Positions 38,947-51,031 of a stretch of 64,000 nucleotides of DNA are shown in pieces. Source of the DNA: Carpediemonas membranifera BICM. Lineage: Eukaryota; Protista; Fornicata. Below the pieces are notes generated by a model that was not told where the DNA came from, searched no databases, and was given only the letters and a program-made list of their open reading frames with translations. Within the stretch, counting starts at the first letter, position 1. Each line of letters opens with the position of its first letter. The stretch is from the NCBI GenBank assembly GCA_019828565.1, contig JAHDYR010000005.1, positions 1,569,992-1,633,991 on the forward strand, in the 5' to 3' direction. A program made the position numbers and the translations under genes.

Positions 38947-40929
38947 TCATGACAGCGCCTGTATGAGGCTCTCAACATGTGCCGCGCTGACTTGATCTGG
39001 TCTGATACCGAGCTGGGCAGCGACGGCAGCAAGCATCTCCTTGAACTCACCCGACCCGCTGGACAAGTTTTCAGCCTCATCATCGCTGTCATCTAGCACC
39101 TCCACGTCGACGCCGGCAAATCCAATAAGGTCGGCTGCCATCCGACGGCTTGCGTAAGTGCGAGACTTAGAGACCGCGGGCCGCACCCAAGTCGACTCCA
39201 CGCCCGACCCAGCAGGTTTGAGCTGCCCGGTACTTGGAATAGGCTTTGGTACGGGCTTCTTTCTTGCCTGAAGCTTCCTCTTGACCACGATCTGCCTCTG
39301 GATGGCGGCATGGACGTCGTCTAGCTCAGAAACTTCCGGATAGGGCTCGTGGAACGGCGTGTACCCCTTATTCGGCACGTGTCCAGACCCTGAGCGGGCA
39401 ATGAGTCGACTCGGCAAGGGCTTCCTCTCATGTGCCAGCTGGCCACTGTCAGACTCGTTGATCGTAAATATCGAAGTCACGTCACTCATGACTGTGCCTA
39501 TGGAGTCGCTCCGTTCCCTGGAGTGCGCCAGCTGCTGGAACGGTTTGGCCAATGAGGAGGATAGCGACGATAGCTCCCTGGGGCTCGCCGACTCCTCCGA
39601 TTCAGACTCCATCGCATTGGGCGACTGGGCGATCTGGCTCAGGTTCAGCGGGGGGACTGTGACCGAAGTCTTCCTCAGCGGGGATCGCTGTCGGGGGGAG
39701 TGTGGTGACTGATATTCGGAGCCTGGCATGGCGCTGTGCGACGATGCTGCGGTCGAAAGAGTGGATCCAGAGCGGGGGCGGGTGATGCCGCTGCTGGCCG
39801 ACCTCTCAGGCGACCTGGCTACACCAAGCAGGCCCTCCAGAATCGGCTGAGGACCAGGGAGTGCTGTGAGATACTGCGACACCATCACAAGCTCCTCCCA
39901 TTCCTTAGAGGAAACGGAGGAGGGCCGGGCTTGACCTGACAGTGGCTGCGGGTGGGAGAAGTCGAAGCCGAGAATGGGAGGCTGGATCGACTCCACGACC
40001 ACAGAGCCACTGGTCGAGATGGGGACGGGGCGGGGGTCGACCGCACGCCGTGACTCAGGTATATCGCGTGTTGTGACACTAGCTCTCTCGCTGCCCTTGG
40101 TGCGGTTAGAATGGCGGCTTTTGCCCGCTGAAGACGTCGGGACGGTTTCAATCTCAATAGAGTCCGCCCTTCTCATATGAGAGGATGTTTCGAGGCTCTG
40201 CGACCACGGGTCAAACTCCACGGCTTCGTCAGGGAGCCTTGCGATGGCCTGGGACGGGATCTTTGACCTAGCAGGTCTGCTTATGCGTCCTTGGGTCATC
40301 ATGGGGCTGTTCCTGGTCGGGGAGACGTGTCTGTGTGTCCGGTAAATGCTAGCGGGCTGGACCTCAGCCTGCAGTGAGTAGTCGTAGTACACGGTCCTGG
40401 GCTGTGTGTGTGGCTGATAGGAGGCTGCAGGAGACCTCTGCTGCTGCGCCCCTGCCCTCTCAGCCTCTCTCACCGCCTCTACCCTTGTTGGAGACGCCCA
40501 GTAGCTCTGAGCATGGCCATGTGGGACAGTGGGGACGAACTCGACGGTGGGGGAAGATGGCGCCGGTCTGGCACATCTGTCAATGTGTACAAACTCCACG
40601 TAAGGCTCAACTCCGGCGCGGGCCGGAGAGCGCTTGATATAGTCTGTGGCCGGGGAAAACGCCGTTTCGGGTCTCGATGGGGCTGGATGAGGGCGCGATC
40701 CGAGCGTTGGGCTTGGACGAGGCCGCGTATCACTGTATGGCGAGTTCACTGTGCGATATGGAGACCTTCTAACGGGCGAACTAGCCCGGGAAGTCGGGTT
40801 TGGGAGTGCGTCGACAGCTCTCGGCTTTGAGGGCTCGGAAAGCTTTGGAGCTTGATGTGGGGAAGATCGTGGTGGTGATGGCGTGCTATTCGGTGCATAA
40901 CGATATGGCCCAACGATATGGCCGAGCAT
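38947..40929 (-). CDS. Ser/Pro-rich, largely disordered protein
   Basis: 660-aa ATG-started ORF; no family recognised. Confidence 0.65.
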   Translation of the reverse strand: MLGHIVGPYRYAPNSTPSPPRSSPHQAPKLSEPSKPRAVDALPNPTSRASSPVRRSPYRTVNSPYSDTRPRPSPTLGSRPHPAPSRPETAFSPATDYIKRSPARAGVEPYVEFVHIDRCARPAPSSPTVEFVPTVPHGHAQSYWASPTRVEAVREAERAGAQQQRSPAASYQPHTQPRTVYYDYSLQAEVQPASIYRTHRHVSPTRNSPMMTQGRISRPARSKIPSQAIARLPDEAVEFDPWSQSLETSSHMRRADSIEIETVPTSSAGKSRHSNRTKGSERASVTTRDIPESRRAVDPRPVPISTSGSVVVESIQPPILGFDFSHPQPLSGQARPSSVSSKEWEELVMVSQYLTALPGPQPILEGLLGVARSPERSASSGITRPRSGSTLSTAASSHSAMPGSEYQSPHSPRQRSPLRKTSVTVPPLNLSQIAQSPNAMESESEESASPRELSSLSSSLAKPFQQLAHSRERSDSIGTVMSDVTSIFTINESDSGQLAHERKPLPSRLIARSGSGHVPNKGYTPFHEPYPEVSELDDVHAAIQRQIVVKRKLQARKKPVPKPIPSTGQLKPAGSGVESTWVRPAVSKSRTYASRRMAADLIGFAGVDVEVLDDSDDEAENLSSGSGEFKEMLAAVAAQLGIRPDQVSAAHVESLIQALS

Positions 40930-41187
40930 GTTGAGAAATTCTTCTCGCGATCTCTCGGAAGACCGCCAGATTCGGTCGCGATCAATGGTCTGATCGGATC
41001 AGATCGATCAGAAGAGGCTGGACCAGGACAGATAATGGCGTCGGCTTAACTGGAATAAAGCTGGATAGACAGTGAGTGGTGGGGCCGTCGAAGGGACCGC
41101 AGCGTCACATGAGCATTGGACCTGCATCATAAACATCATTTACAGCCGTTGCCGCCGAGGCAGCATGGGATCGTCATAAGCCCAGCC

Positions 41188-41568
41188 TCACTGGAAGAAC
41201 TCCGTGACAAGGGCCGTGTTGCTACAATCGCCCTCAATAACAGACGCGACAACCTTCCCGTGGTCCAGTCTCAGCAGCGTAGGCAGCCTCTTGAGGTCGA
41301 AGAAGGTCATATGACGGCAGGGATGGTCTTCGTCCTTCCAGGCAAGGGGGAGGCCCACAGCGCACTTGATCATCATGTATGATTCATGTCTGCAGGTCTC
41401 CATGGCTGCTGCAATGACTGGTTCGGCCGCAGAGCAATCGGGGCACCAGCTACGGCCTGTCTCCTCTCGTTCGGAGGCATAGAACCACAGAAGGGCAGTT
41501 TCACCGGCTGCTTCTACATCTCTCACTTCCCGCTCAATACGCTCAGGCTCAGCTTGAATAGTTTTCAT
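41188..41568 (-). CDS. Thioredoxin-like protein, TXNDC17/TRP14 (DUF953) family
   Basis: FYAS...GRSWCPDC..AEPVI...LPTLL. Confidence 0.9.
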   Translation of the reverse strand: MKTIQAEPERIEREVRDVEAAGETALLWFYASEREETGRSWCPDCSAAEPVIAAAMETCRHESYMMIKCAVGLPLAWKDEDHPCRHMTFFDLKRLPTLLRLDHGKVVASVIEGDCSNTALVTEFFQ

Positions 41569-41845
41569 TTGTTGACTGAGAACAGCGAACACGCATAATC
41601 TGCACGGGGTTGAAAAGTACCCCTATAAAGACCCCAGGCAGCTTCCAATTGCAAGCTTGTCCAAACAGTATCCCTCGCCAAACCATATGCATCTGATTTC
41701 CCCCTACCGCAACACGTCATCGCCATATCTCCCTGAAGTGACGGCCGTAGGGGTCCACGGTGTGCCGGCCAGTGGTTGATGATGAGCGCTAAGCCATGAT
41801 CGAGCGATTTATACAATTCTGGCAGTATTCTGCGACCTAATTGAT

Positions 41846-42493
<648 letters not shown>

Positions 42494-42709
42494 TCAAGAA
42501 CTAAGACAGGCTCATCATAAGGTTTTTGACGAAATTGGCCTAAACTGAAAAGGACCTCAACCATGGCCTCAAGTTACAATCTGACAGCCAATTGGCTCTC
42601 TTGTCCCACGTAAAGCATCGTGAAACAGTCTAACATTTTCCATTTCTGCCAAAGTCGACCCAACGCGAACAACCCCATAATACTATCCTATTTACACGAG
42701 ACGCTCACC

Positions 42710-43902
42710 TCACAGCTTCATAGCCAGTGCCTGCTCATAAACTTCATTCCTCATGTGCTTGGGAACGATCTGGGCCATCTGCTCCTTGGTCATCAGCGAA
42801 TACTCCTCAAGACTGAAGTCGAAGAGAGGGGGGAGTGGCCGGCCGTTGGGAAGCTTGGTAGTGGGCTCCCGAAGCTTATTAAAGAAGGGGTGGGTCAGCA
42901 TCTCGACAGGGGAGGGGCGATTGGCCGGATTATAGACCAGGACGGAACTTATAAAGTCCACAGCGTCGGATGGGGTGCGGGAACGGAAGACCTTGGGCCA
43001 AGGGTGCGGTCTGATGTTTGGGAAGCGGTAGTCGGTGTAGTGGCGATTCATGGTGACAATCTGCTCGCGGGTGGGGGTCCCGAGAACCTTGATGATCTCA
43101 ACGAGCTGGTCGACACCCGTGTCACCGGGGAAGAGGGGGTGGGAGAGCAGGAGCTCGGCACAGCAACACCCGAGACTCCACGTGTCGATGGCGGGTGTGT
43201 AGTCAGTAGCCCCGAAGATGAGCTCGGGGGCGCGGTAGTAGCGCGAGCAGATGTAGGCGACATTTGGCTCGCCGGGAACCAGGACCTTGGCGCTTCCGAA
43301 GTCGCAGAGGACGAGCTTACCGGTTTCTGGGTTGACTAGAAGGTTCTGTGGCTTGATGTCACGGTGGGAGATGCCGCGGGGGTGCAGGTAGAGGAGGGCC
43401 CGCACCAGTTGGTAGGAGTAGAGACGGGCAAGGAGCATGGGCATGGACTGGCGCATCCGGGCGTACTCCTTGACGACGGAGAAGACAGTCTCTGGGTAGT
43501 AGTCCATCGCAAGGTTCAGATAGATCTCCGCAGGCCGGCTGCCGGGGGAGAAGAAGGCGGAGTGTAGCCTTACGATGTTTGTGTGGGAAACGGACTGCAT
43601 GATCGTGTGCTCGCGGTTCTTGAAGCGACGGTCCTGCAAGACCTTCTTGATAGCGATGCGTTCGCCAGTTCCTTCGATTTTGGCAAGATAAACCTATGTA
43701 ACGTGTGAGATTAGTGTACAAACCACGCCGAAGCTACCAGATCCAATAACTCTGTCAGGGATAGCGACAATCGGAGGATCATTAGGCTGCGTAATGACAG
43801 AAAGAGGTGTGAACGAACGTGATCGGGGTGCGGAGGAATGCTTACAGGTTCTCCGAGCTGGATAGCCTTGTGCATCGTCGTTTGGCTTTGGTTTGATGGC
43901 AT
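42710..43902 (-). CDS. GSK3: Glycogen synthase kinase 3; introns 43787-43845 and 43694-43723
   Basis: Spliced product reads [10 protein letters not shown]...[46 protein letters not shown]. Confidence 0.95.
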
Positions 43903-44059
43903 GTTGGTGGTGTAGAATTTTTTCCTGCAATGCCTGCAGGGGCCGACAACGCACCAACGCCAGCAAAAAATGCACCCTGACGCCCGGCATGAGGGAGATG
44001 TAGGTTGGGGATCCCTCCGGCTGACGTTTTTTGTTTGCGCAGGATAAGCCATCCAAGTA

Positions 44060-44674
44060 ATGGCGTCTGTCGAAGCCATCCTAAAGGAACTAGAGAAGTA
44101 TGAAGAGTACAACAGAGCATCAAAAGAGGCACAGAAGAACGCAATCAGTGAAAGGCAGAGAGAGAAGGCTGGGCTAGAGGAAGATGAGCAATTGCGCGAA
44201 CGGTTTGCAAAAGAAATGGAGGTTCTGGAGAACGAAAATAGGAAAATTCGGTCCATGAGAAAGAAAGAACAAACAGCAATCAATGAGGTCACCGTACGAA
44301 TGAGTGAACTGCGGAAAGAGAAGAATCGTGTCGACATGGCGTTGAATGCCGCCCGAACCGAGGCCGAGCTGCTTGCAAAGAAGCATGAGAGGTCACTTGC
44401 AGAATCTACGAAAGAGAGGGAAAAGGTTGTTGCTCTTGAGGAACGACTGGCAGCGATTCAGAAGGAGTCTCAAGCCATCGCCGACAAACGCAAGACCGAG
44501 ATGAGGGAGATGCAGCGCTGGGTCAAGGACGCTGCAGCGGAGATAGATGAACGCATGCAGCTCATTTGTATCCAGCACAAGCAGCGGCATCACATGGAAT
44601 CTGCCTCGGTTCTCAGGGGGCTGGAGGCGGATATCGACCGGCAGATGGCAGAGACACAGCGCAAGTTAGGGTGA
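44060..44674 (+). CDS. Coiled-coil protein
   Basis: 204-aa E/K/R-rich ORF. Confidence 0.7.
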   Translation: MASVEAILKELEKYEEYNRASKEAQKNAISERQREKAGLEEDEQLRERFAKEMEVLENENRKIRSMRKKEQTAINEVTVRMSELRKEKNRVDMALNAARTEAELLAKKHERSLAESTKEREKVVALEERLAAIQKESQAIADKRKTEMREMQRWVKDAAAEIDERMQLICIQHKQRHHMESASVLRGLEADIDRQMAETQRKLG

Positions 44675-44942
44675 GGCGAGCACTGTAATGATAGTAAAGC
44701 GGACCGCCTCTGGATTTAGGGTGGGAATGCAAATGCTGCGGTGGAGGAACTGTCCTGGTCGGAATCCATGTTTACGATATTTACCTGTGTTAACGTATTT
44801 AATCCATTTACATGTCGCGGAATGCATGTCTTTCTCCACAAATCCTGTCCCGATTTCTCGGACCGTTTTGAATCTCCCAGCGCGACATAAGAGTTGCCAC
44901 ACATCAAAAGAATCACGTTTCGAGACTCCAATGCATCATCAT

Positions 44943-47900
44943 TTAAACCTTCTCATACAGTCTGAACAACGCCCGATACTTCACCTCGTCCGGCGGCCCG
45001 CACTCCTTGACGGACTCGGTCCATTCGATCTCAGTCGCTTCAATGAGGGCCTCCAGCTCCCCGTCCAGGACGCTCTCGATGTACTCAAAGTGACCCTGGT
45101 CGGTGCATCCCGCGAGGACCATTGCACTGATCTCACGCTTCATCTCTTCACGAATAACCTTAAACTGCACTGACTTTGAAGTATCGATATGGACGAGTGG
45201 TTCAGGCGGGGCGATGGGGGCGATGCCAGGCAGTGGGTGGATTGCAGCGATGTGCTGTGCAATCCGCTCGTTTTCTTCATTGAAGAGATAGTCGAGATCA
45301 GTTTCGTCGAAGTCAGGCGGGTAAGTCGGGCAAACGATGGGTACAACGCGGGCAAGGATCTCGGGGTCAACGGAGATGGTCTGAAGATACGAAATGATCT
45401 CGTCAAATGAGTCCCAGACGGGGCCGTTGATGATGGTCTTGCACCAGCGCCAGAGGTTCTCAAACAGGGCCAGGTTGGCGACTTTAGCTTCGAGCTTGGC
45501 ATGCCTGGCGATGATGGACTCCGGAATGACGCCGCCGTCCTCCTCGAGCGCGTCTAGCTCGGCATCGAGCTCGTCGAGTTCATCTTCAAGGTCAGCCAGG
45601 TAGTCGTCAACGTCAGTAATTGTCGGCATCGATAGCGTCTTCTCAGAAAATGAAAGGATCATGCCACCGAGCTCGAGCAGGCCGTCTGGACCGGCGAAGC
45701 TGAGGGAGTTAGCCAGCGCCCTCGCGATGGGCAGAGGGTTGACTGTAGTCCCTGTGTAAGATGACACAAGTGAGTCAAACAACCCGCTGACTGATGACCG
45801 CAGCGAGCTACTGAAGCGATGGGCGAGTGTCGCGTCATTGTTGGGCACAAGACCGTCGTACCTGGGGTCGAGGATGACGCTCAGTGCGTAATCCCGGAGA
45901 CTGTGTGACATCCCGAGGTTCTGTGCGGTCATGATCTGGGCAATCTGGTCGTTGAGGACGATTCTGACACACGCCTCGACCGTCATAGCCGGGGTGACCG
46001 TCGAGTCCTCTCGGCGGAGGTGGGGCAGAGCCAAGAAGGCGCAATAGACCTGTACGGCGAGCACGCAGTCGTGGGGGGTGATCCGGGGCGCTTGGACGTT
46101 GGGCTTGAGGTTGCCGCCGAAAGTCACCTGGATTGAGCACTCGATCCAGGTAGTAAGGTCGTCGTCGACGGCGAAAATGAGACCCAGGTGGCACTTACAC
46201 TCGACCAGCGCCTGTGCGAGCAGCAGCCGGTCGTCGGTGCTGACCTTCTTGCACTTTCTTACGTCATCGCACACAGTCGCGAGTCGGATGAGCAGATTAG
46301 GGTCAGTCTGGCCCTGCTCAAGGACCCTGCCCGGCGGGGAGTCGATGATCGACTCGAAGATCGCCCAGGGATCGTTGTCCATGATGGATTGGAACAGCAT
46401 GCCGTACAACGGGAAGTCAGCAAGGGCGGCACACAGCGCCGTGATGCAGGGGAGGGCGACATGCCGGGGGACGTCCTGCACGGCCGCCAGGAGGATGCGG
46501 GTGGAGCTGGAAACGTCGGTCAGGGCGTGCGGCTCGGAGCCCGTGATGAGGCTGATACCGAGGCGGATGATGTCGACAAAGCCAGGAATGGAGGCTACTG
46601 CTGGTGAGTCGGCGAAGGATGTGAAGATTGGGACGAGAGCAGCAGCCTTCTCGCCATGGACGATCGCGAAACACAGCATCTTGGCGACCATGTCGGCCGT
46701 CTGCGGGGCGACAGTGCATATTGCCCCGGAGATGCCCTCTAGTAGGGCTGCGATGGCGGGGTAATCGGGCGTGTGGGCCGTGTAGCGGGCCGCGGGCGGG
46801 GAGAACAGCCAAGAGTATGTCAGACTAATGGCGTTGTCGGTCTCGCGGTTGGCCAGAAGAAGCTCGACGGCGTCACGACGAAGCCCGCCGCGAACAAGGC
46901 ACTCGGCCGCCGCGTGGACGTCACCCATGTCGACGAAAGCCTTGGCAGCCGCGGTGTAGTCTAGTGACGCGGCCAAGCACCTTGCAGCGAGACGACGGTA
47001 GCCGAGCTGCATGAAGATCTGGCCGGCCTCGGTCAGCTGGGCGCTGGCTACTAGGCTGCTGTCGGGTGCTCCCACAAGGGCTGCGAGGGTGTCCTCCTCA
47101 ACGACGTGGGCAGCGGTCATGTAGTTCCTACGACCCGGGTTCATTGCCTGATGGAGGAAGTTGTTGAGCTTGTAGTAGACCACGTTTGACTTATCCGTCA
47201 CCAGGGCCCCGCCGTTCCGCTCAATAGCCGACCGCGCGAGGGATATGGCCTTGCAGACGAGGACCATGCGCTCCATGCCCGGGACCCGACGGTAGCACTG
47301 CATCGCCGCGGAGAACGACAGCGAGGCCATGTACTTCTGCGCCTCGAGCTCCCACTCCGCCGCGCTGGTCTCCTCGTCGTTGATGGCGAGCCCGTCCGCC
47401 TTCGCCTCGTCCATGTCGATGCGCTGGACTAGACCGAGTCTGGCCCACTCAGCCATGACTGGGGTGCGGCGGACCTCGTCTGAGTCGAAGAAGAAGACCC
47501 TCGACCTGGCCCTGGTGACGGCGACGTAGAGGCTCTTGAGCTCGTGGGCGATGACGGAGGTCCGCAACAAGTGCTCCTTGGCGTTGCTGCGGATGCCGTC
47601 GGCCATACCGTATCTCATGCCAGTGGTATCGAGCTGTTTGATCCTCTTGACGGCGTTCATCAGCTGGTACTTTCCGTGGTCCTGGGTCGCGGCGAACTCG
47701 TCTCTGCCGTACTTGAACGCCTCCTCGATCATGCGGGTTGGGTACGCACTAATGTCGGCGAAGAGCAGGGTGAAGTAATGCCACTCCGCCTCGACTGGAC
47801 TGTCGGTGAAGAAGTTGTAGAGGAGCACGTCGTCGAACTCGAGGCCCTTGGCGTCCTCCACTGTGAGCACAAGGCTCCGCTCAAGCTCGGGCGGGACGTC

Positions 47901-50798
47901 GGCGTAGCTGCGGACGATGACAGCCTGCTTGGCACCGAAGATGCTGCCCTTGGCGGCAAGCTCTCTTTTGCTGCGGGTAAGGAGTTCGTCGAGGTCCGCG
48001 TGCGACGCGTGCTCGAAGAACACCGCTGCACCGCTGCCAGACCGCTTGAATGACAGCTCCTCTGTCATGTCGATCGACTTGGGGTACAGCTTCATGAGAT
48101 TAATCAAATGATTACCCAACTCGCAGACCTTGGAGGTCGACCGGTAGTTGACGTCGAGGTCGACGACAGAGACAGGCTTACCGTCCACCGCTATCCTATT
48201 GGCGGCCTCTTCAACGTCCTTGAACCGGAACTCGATGCCGTCAGCGATAGCCTGAGCCGTGTCGCCAGCGACGACGATGGAGGCCATGTTTGAGCCGCAG
48301 ACCTGCGTGAGGAGCTGGACGAGAGTGATCGGGGAGTCCTGGGCCTCGTCGACAACGAAGGAGTGTACAGGCGTGCCGTGGTAGCCATGGGAGATGATCT
48401 GGCGGTAGATGTACGTGATGACGTCGTTGATGTCGTAAAGCTGCATGACGTTCTTCAGGGTCATGTAGCTGACCGCGATAGCCCTAATGAACACCGCATC
48501 CTGCCTCGAGATGTTGGATGTGCGGTGGTCGTAGATGTATGAGGCCGCGGGGATGCCGACCTTGAGCGAGGCGACAGACCCGAACACAGTCGACATCAGC
48601 TCCTTGTACACCTGCGAGACGTTCACCCCAGCGAAGTTCTTACACTGCTCACGGGTCGGCACCTTGGACGGCTTGACCTCGTGCTGGCAGCGGTAATGGA
48701 AGACACAAAGGGGGTAGACCACAGAGGCGAAGAGCTCGAACGTCACCTCCATGCCGACATATGATTCAGCGGTCTCCTCGGCATCACCCGTGACAAATGC
48801 CTCGAGAACCTCTTCATCGAGCACGTCTTCGACATCCAGGTCAAGCATCTCTAGCTTCTGACGACGTAGAGAGGCCGTACCGTGCGCGCTAAGCCCCCAG
48901 CTGTTGTCAGCCTTGGCACTGTCGCTGTGGTCGAAGTATGGCCGCTCTAGGGTCTCATCGATGAGGTGGATCAGCTTTCTCGTCGTGCAGAAGACGGGGC
49001 CGGCCGTATGGGTAGCCAGGGTTGCACCGGGCATGAGAGAGTTCTCTGATTGATTCAAAATCTCGAGGATCATATCTTCAGATTCACTGAACCCTTGCCC
49101 CGGCTCCAGGCCAGCCCGCTCGACAAGAGGTCGGGTCATCGCCGCCAGCTTGCCGCCCAGAGTTGTTGCCAGGGTGTTCCAGCGCTCGATGAGGTCTCTG
49201 AGCAGGCTGTGTGATCTGGTGCACACCACGACGGTATACTGCCCAATGAGATCCTCGTCATTGAGGTCGAGCAGCTTGTAATACTGCACCGCGACCCTGA
49301 GCAGCAGCGAGAGGGACTTGCCACTGCCGGACCGGCCAATGACGACCATGTTGCCGGGGTTGGTCACCACCTCGGTCTGTTTGGCACTGAGTCGAACCTT
49401 TGATCCAAGGTCGAGCGCCTGGATGACGCGGGAGACGTCCTCATCGCCCAGGCTGCCCAGCATGGCCCTGTACATGTGACCAAGGCTGTCCTGGTACTTC
49501 TCCTTGGCTTCAGCCTGATCGACAAGCTGGGCGCGACGTCTCTGTCGCCTCCCTGCCTTCTTGGATCCTGATTGCCTTGTCGGGACCAGCTTCACGACAG
49601 CTGGCCACCACTTCCTCCCAAACTCGATCTCAGTTTTCGTAAACTGGCGAACCTCCGACCGATAGCGGAGGGTCAGAGCGGGAAACGTGCCGCGGTCAAA
49701 CACCCTGACCGGCGCCGAGTGCTGTAGCCAGACACCAGCGGCTAGTTTGGTATACGGCGTGGGCTGGGGGCCGTCGAACACGGCGATAGGAGAGTAAGTG
49801 TGACCGATGCTGGTGAACTGGGCGCGGATGGCATCAATGGCGCTGGAGCTGTTGGGGGTGAAATACCGTGTGAAATCAACCTCATCTGTCGCTGACTGCG
49901 TGTGGGTGGCGAATATTATGATTGTATCCAATATCGGATTCACCGGATATGCTGCGAGATACTTCTCTTGACCACCAAGCCACCATCGGTCAGGCGATGG
50001 TGCTTTTGTCAAGTCCATCTTGAGGCCATGCATTCTGGTGGTCATGTCGCTATCCCCAACAAAGGGGAACCCGTTGCCGATGGAGGGAATAGTGTCTCGG
50101 GTGACGAGAGGCAAGTTAACGCTGCGGACGACAATGCCACGAAGATAGGTCTTGTCGGAAAGAGGCTGGGTGAAGGCCTTGCCTATGCCCTTAACTGCGG
50201 TGAACTGCGTATCCGTGAAATTTCCGTATCTTGCCTGAATCATTCTGGATGCCACCTCGCTTCTTAGCGCCGTTTTGAAGCCCGAAAGTTGGTCAGAGAG
50301 TTCAGGCGCCAGAAGGACGGGGAAGGTTGTGACGGGCGCTGTGAACGTGGCTCCGTTGCCAGCGGGGTGGGAGTACCGCATGGCACGGGCGGATCTATCG
50401 ATCTCGCGATGGGAGGCCATCATTGAGAAGCAAACTGCCCGTGTAAACTGCGGTGTGGTGTTGCCAGATGCTACCCCGACAGAGTTCTTCCACACCATGC
50501 CGTGGAATAGGGTTCTTGCCATGGTGAGCATCGTGTGCTCGAGCTGCGAGTCGGACGAAAGCTGAACAGAGTCGAGGAATGCCTGAACGTCGCGGCTGGA
50601 GATATTTTGGAGAAGCATGCTGGCATCTGCACGGATTTCCTTCGGTCCGCGGGCCTTAATCGCGCGGCAATCTTCTCTGAACTGCTCCATGGTCGTTGGA
50701 AAGACGGTGACGATCTTACGGCCGCTCTTCTTCTCTTCAGCTGTTTCGGGGAGTGGGTAAGAGTTCTCGTAAGCGTTTGCTGCCCAAAGATAGGACAT
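44943..50798 (-). CDS. TRANK1/LBA1-like UvrD-type SF1 helicase with TPR-like helical C-terminus
   Basis: GRSGSGKS, VVDEAQD, AGDTAQAI...FRF, NYRS, FGAKQAVIVR, KGLEFDDVLLYNFF, ELKSLYVAVTRAR. Start uncertain; the frame is open to 50957. Confidence 0.88.
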   Translation of the reverse strand: MSYLWAANAYENSYPLPETAEEKKSGRKIVTVFPTTMEQFREDCRAIKARGPKEIRADASMLLQNISSRDVQAFLDSVQLSSDSQLEHTMLTMARTLFHGMVWKNSVGVASGNTTPQFTRAVCFSMMASHREIDRSARAMRYSHPAGNGATFTAPVTTFPVLLAPELSDQLSGFKTALRSEVASRMIQARYGNFTDTQFTAVKGIGKAFTQPLSDKTYLRGIVVRSVNLPLVTRDTIPSIGNGFPFVGDSDMTTRMHGLKMDLTKAPSPDRWWLGGQEKYLAAYPVNPILDTIIIFATHTQSATDEVDFTRYFTPNSSSAIDAIRAQFTSIGHTYSPIAVFDGPQPTPYTKLAAGVWLQHSAPVRVFDRGTFPALTLRYRSEVRQFTKTEIEFGRKWWPAVVKLVPTRQSGSKKAGRRQRRRAQLVDQAEAKEKYQDSLGHMYRAMLGSLGDEDVSRVIQALDLGSKVRLSAKQTEVVTNPGNMVVIGRSGSGKSLSLLLRVAVQYYKLLDLNDEDLIGQYTVVVCTRSHSLLRDLIERWNTLATTLGGKLAAMTRPLVERAGLEPGQGFSESEDMILEILNQSENSLMPGATLATHTAGPVFCTTRKLIHLIDETLERPYFDHSDSAKADNSWGLSAHGTASLRRQKLEMLDLDVEDVLDEEVLEAFVTGDAEETAESYVGMEVTFELFASVVYPLCVFHYRCQHEVKPSKVPTREQCKNFAGVNVSQVYKELMSTVFGSVASLKVGIPAASYIYDHRTSNISRQDAVFIRAIAVSYMTLKNVMQLYDINDVITYIYRQIISHGYHGTPVHSFVVDEAQDSPITLVQLLTQVCGSNMASIVVAGDTAQAIADGIEFRFKDVEEAANRIAVDGKPVSVVDLDVNYRSTSKVCELGNHLINLMKLYPKSIDMTEELSFKRSGSGAAVFFEHASHADLDELLTRSKRELAAKGSIFGAKQAVIVRSYADVPPELERSLVLTVEDAKGLEFDDVLLYNFFTDSPVEAEWHYFTLLFADISAYPTRMIEEAFKYGRDEFAATQDHGKYQLMNAVKRIKQLDTTGMRYGMADGIRSNAKEHLLRTSVIAHELKSLYVAVTRARSRVFFFDSDEVRRTPVMAEWARLGLVQRIDMDEAKADGLAINDEETSAAEWELEAQKYMASLSFSAAMQCYRRVPGMERMVLVCKAISLARSAIERNGGALVTDKSNVVYYKLNNFLHQAMNPGRRNYMTAAHVVEEDTLAALVGAPDSSLVASAQLTEAGQIFMQLGYRRLAARCLAASLDYTAAAKAFVDMGDVHAAAECLVRGGLRRDAVELLLANRETDNAISLTYSWLFSPPAARYTAHTPDYPAIAALLEGISGAICTVAPQTADMVAKMLCFAIVHGEKAAALVPIFTSFADSPAVASIPGFVDIIRLGISLITGSEPHALTDVSSSTRILLAAVQDVPRHVALPCITALCAALADFPLYGMLFQSIMDNDPWAIFESIIDSPPGRVLEQGQTDPNLLIRLATVCDDVRKCKKVSTDDRLLLAQALVECKCHLGLIFAVDDDLTTWIECSIQVTFGGNLKPNVQAPRITPHDCVLAVQVYCAFLALPHLRREDSTVTPAMTVEACVRIVLNDQIAQIMTAQNLGMSHSLRDYALSVILDPRYDGLVPNNDATLAHRFSSSLRSSVSGLFDSLVSSYTGTTVNPLPIARALANSLSFAGPDGLLELGGMILSFSEKTLSMPTITDVDDYLADLEDELDELDAELDALEEDGGVIPESIIARHAKLEAKVANLALFENLWRWCKTIINGPVWDSFDEIISYLQTISVDPEILARVVPIVCPTYPPDFDETDLDYLFNEENERIAQHIAAIHPLPGIAPIAPPEPLVHIDTSKSVQFKVIREEMKREISAMVLAGCTDQGHFEYIESVLDGELEALIEATEIEWTESVKECGPPDEVKYRALFRLYEKV

Positions 50799-51031
50799 AT
50801 CACTCGAAACTGTGTTCTCTGGACAATGAATCTGCGAGAACGCTCCCAAGATCGGGCGAGATTCGATCTTTTCTCGATCTTGTTGTTGCGGCATGATCCC
50901 CATCGTTGGCACATGATGAGCACAGCCATGCATCCTCCTGCGTTGCCTCTTATCCACTTGTCACTCATATCATACTCTACCGCCATCACCAACACTGCCT
51001 TCAGTTAACCTGTTTATACATAAATACATGC

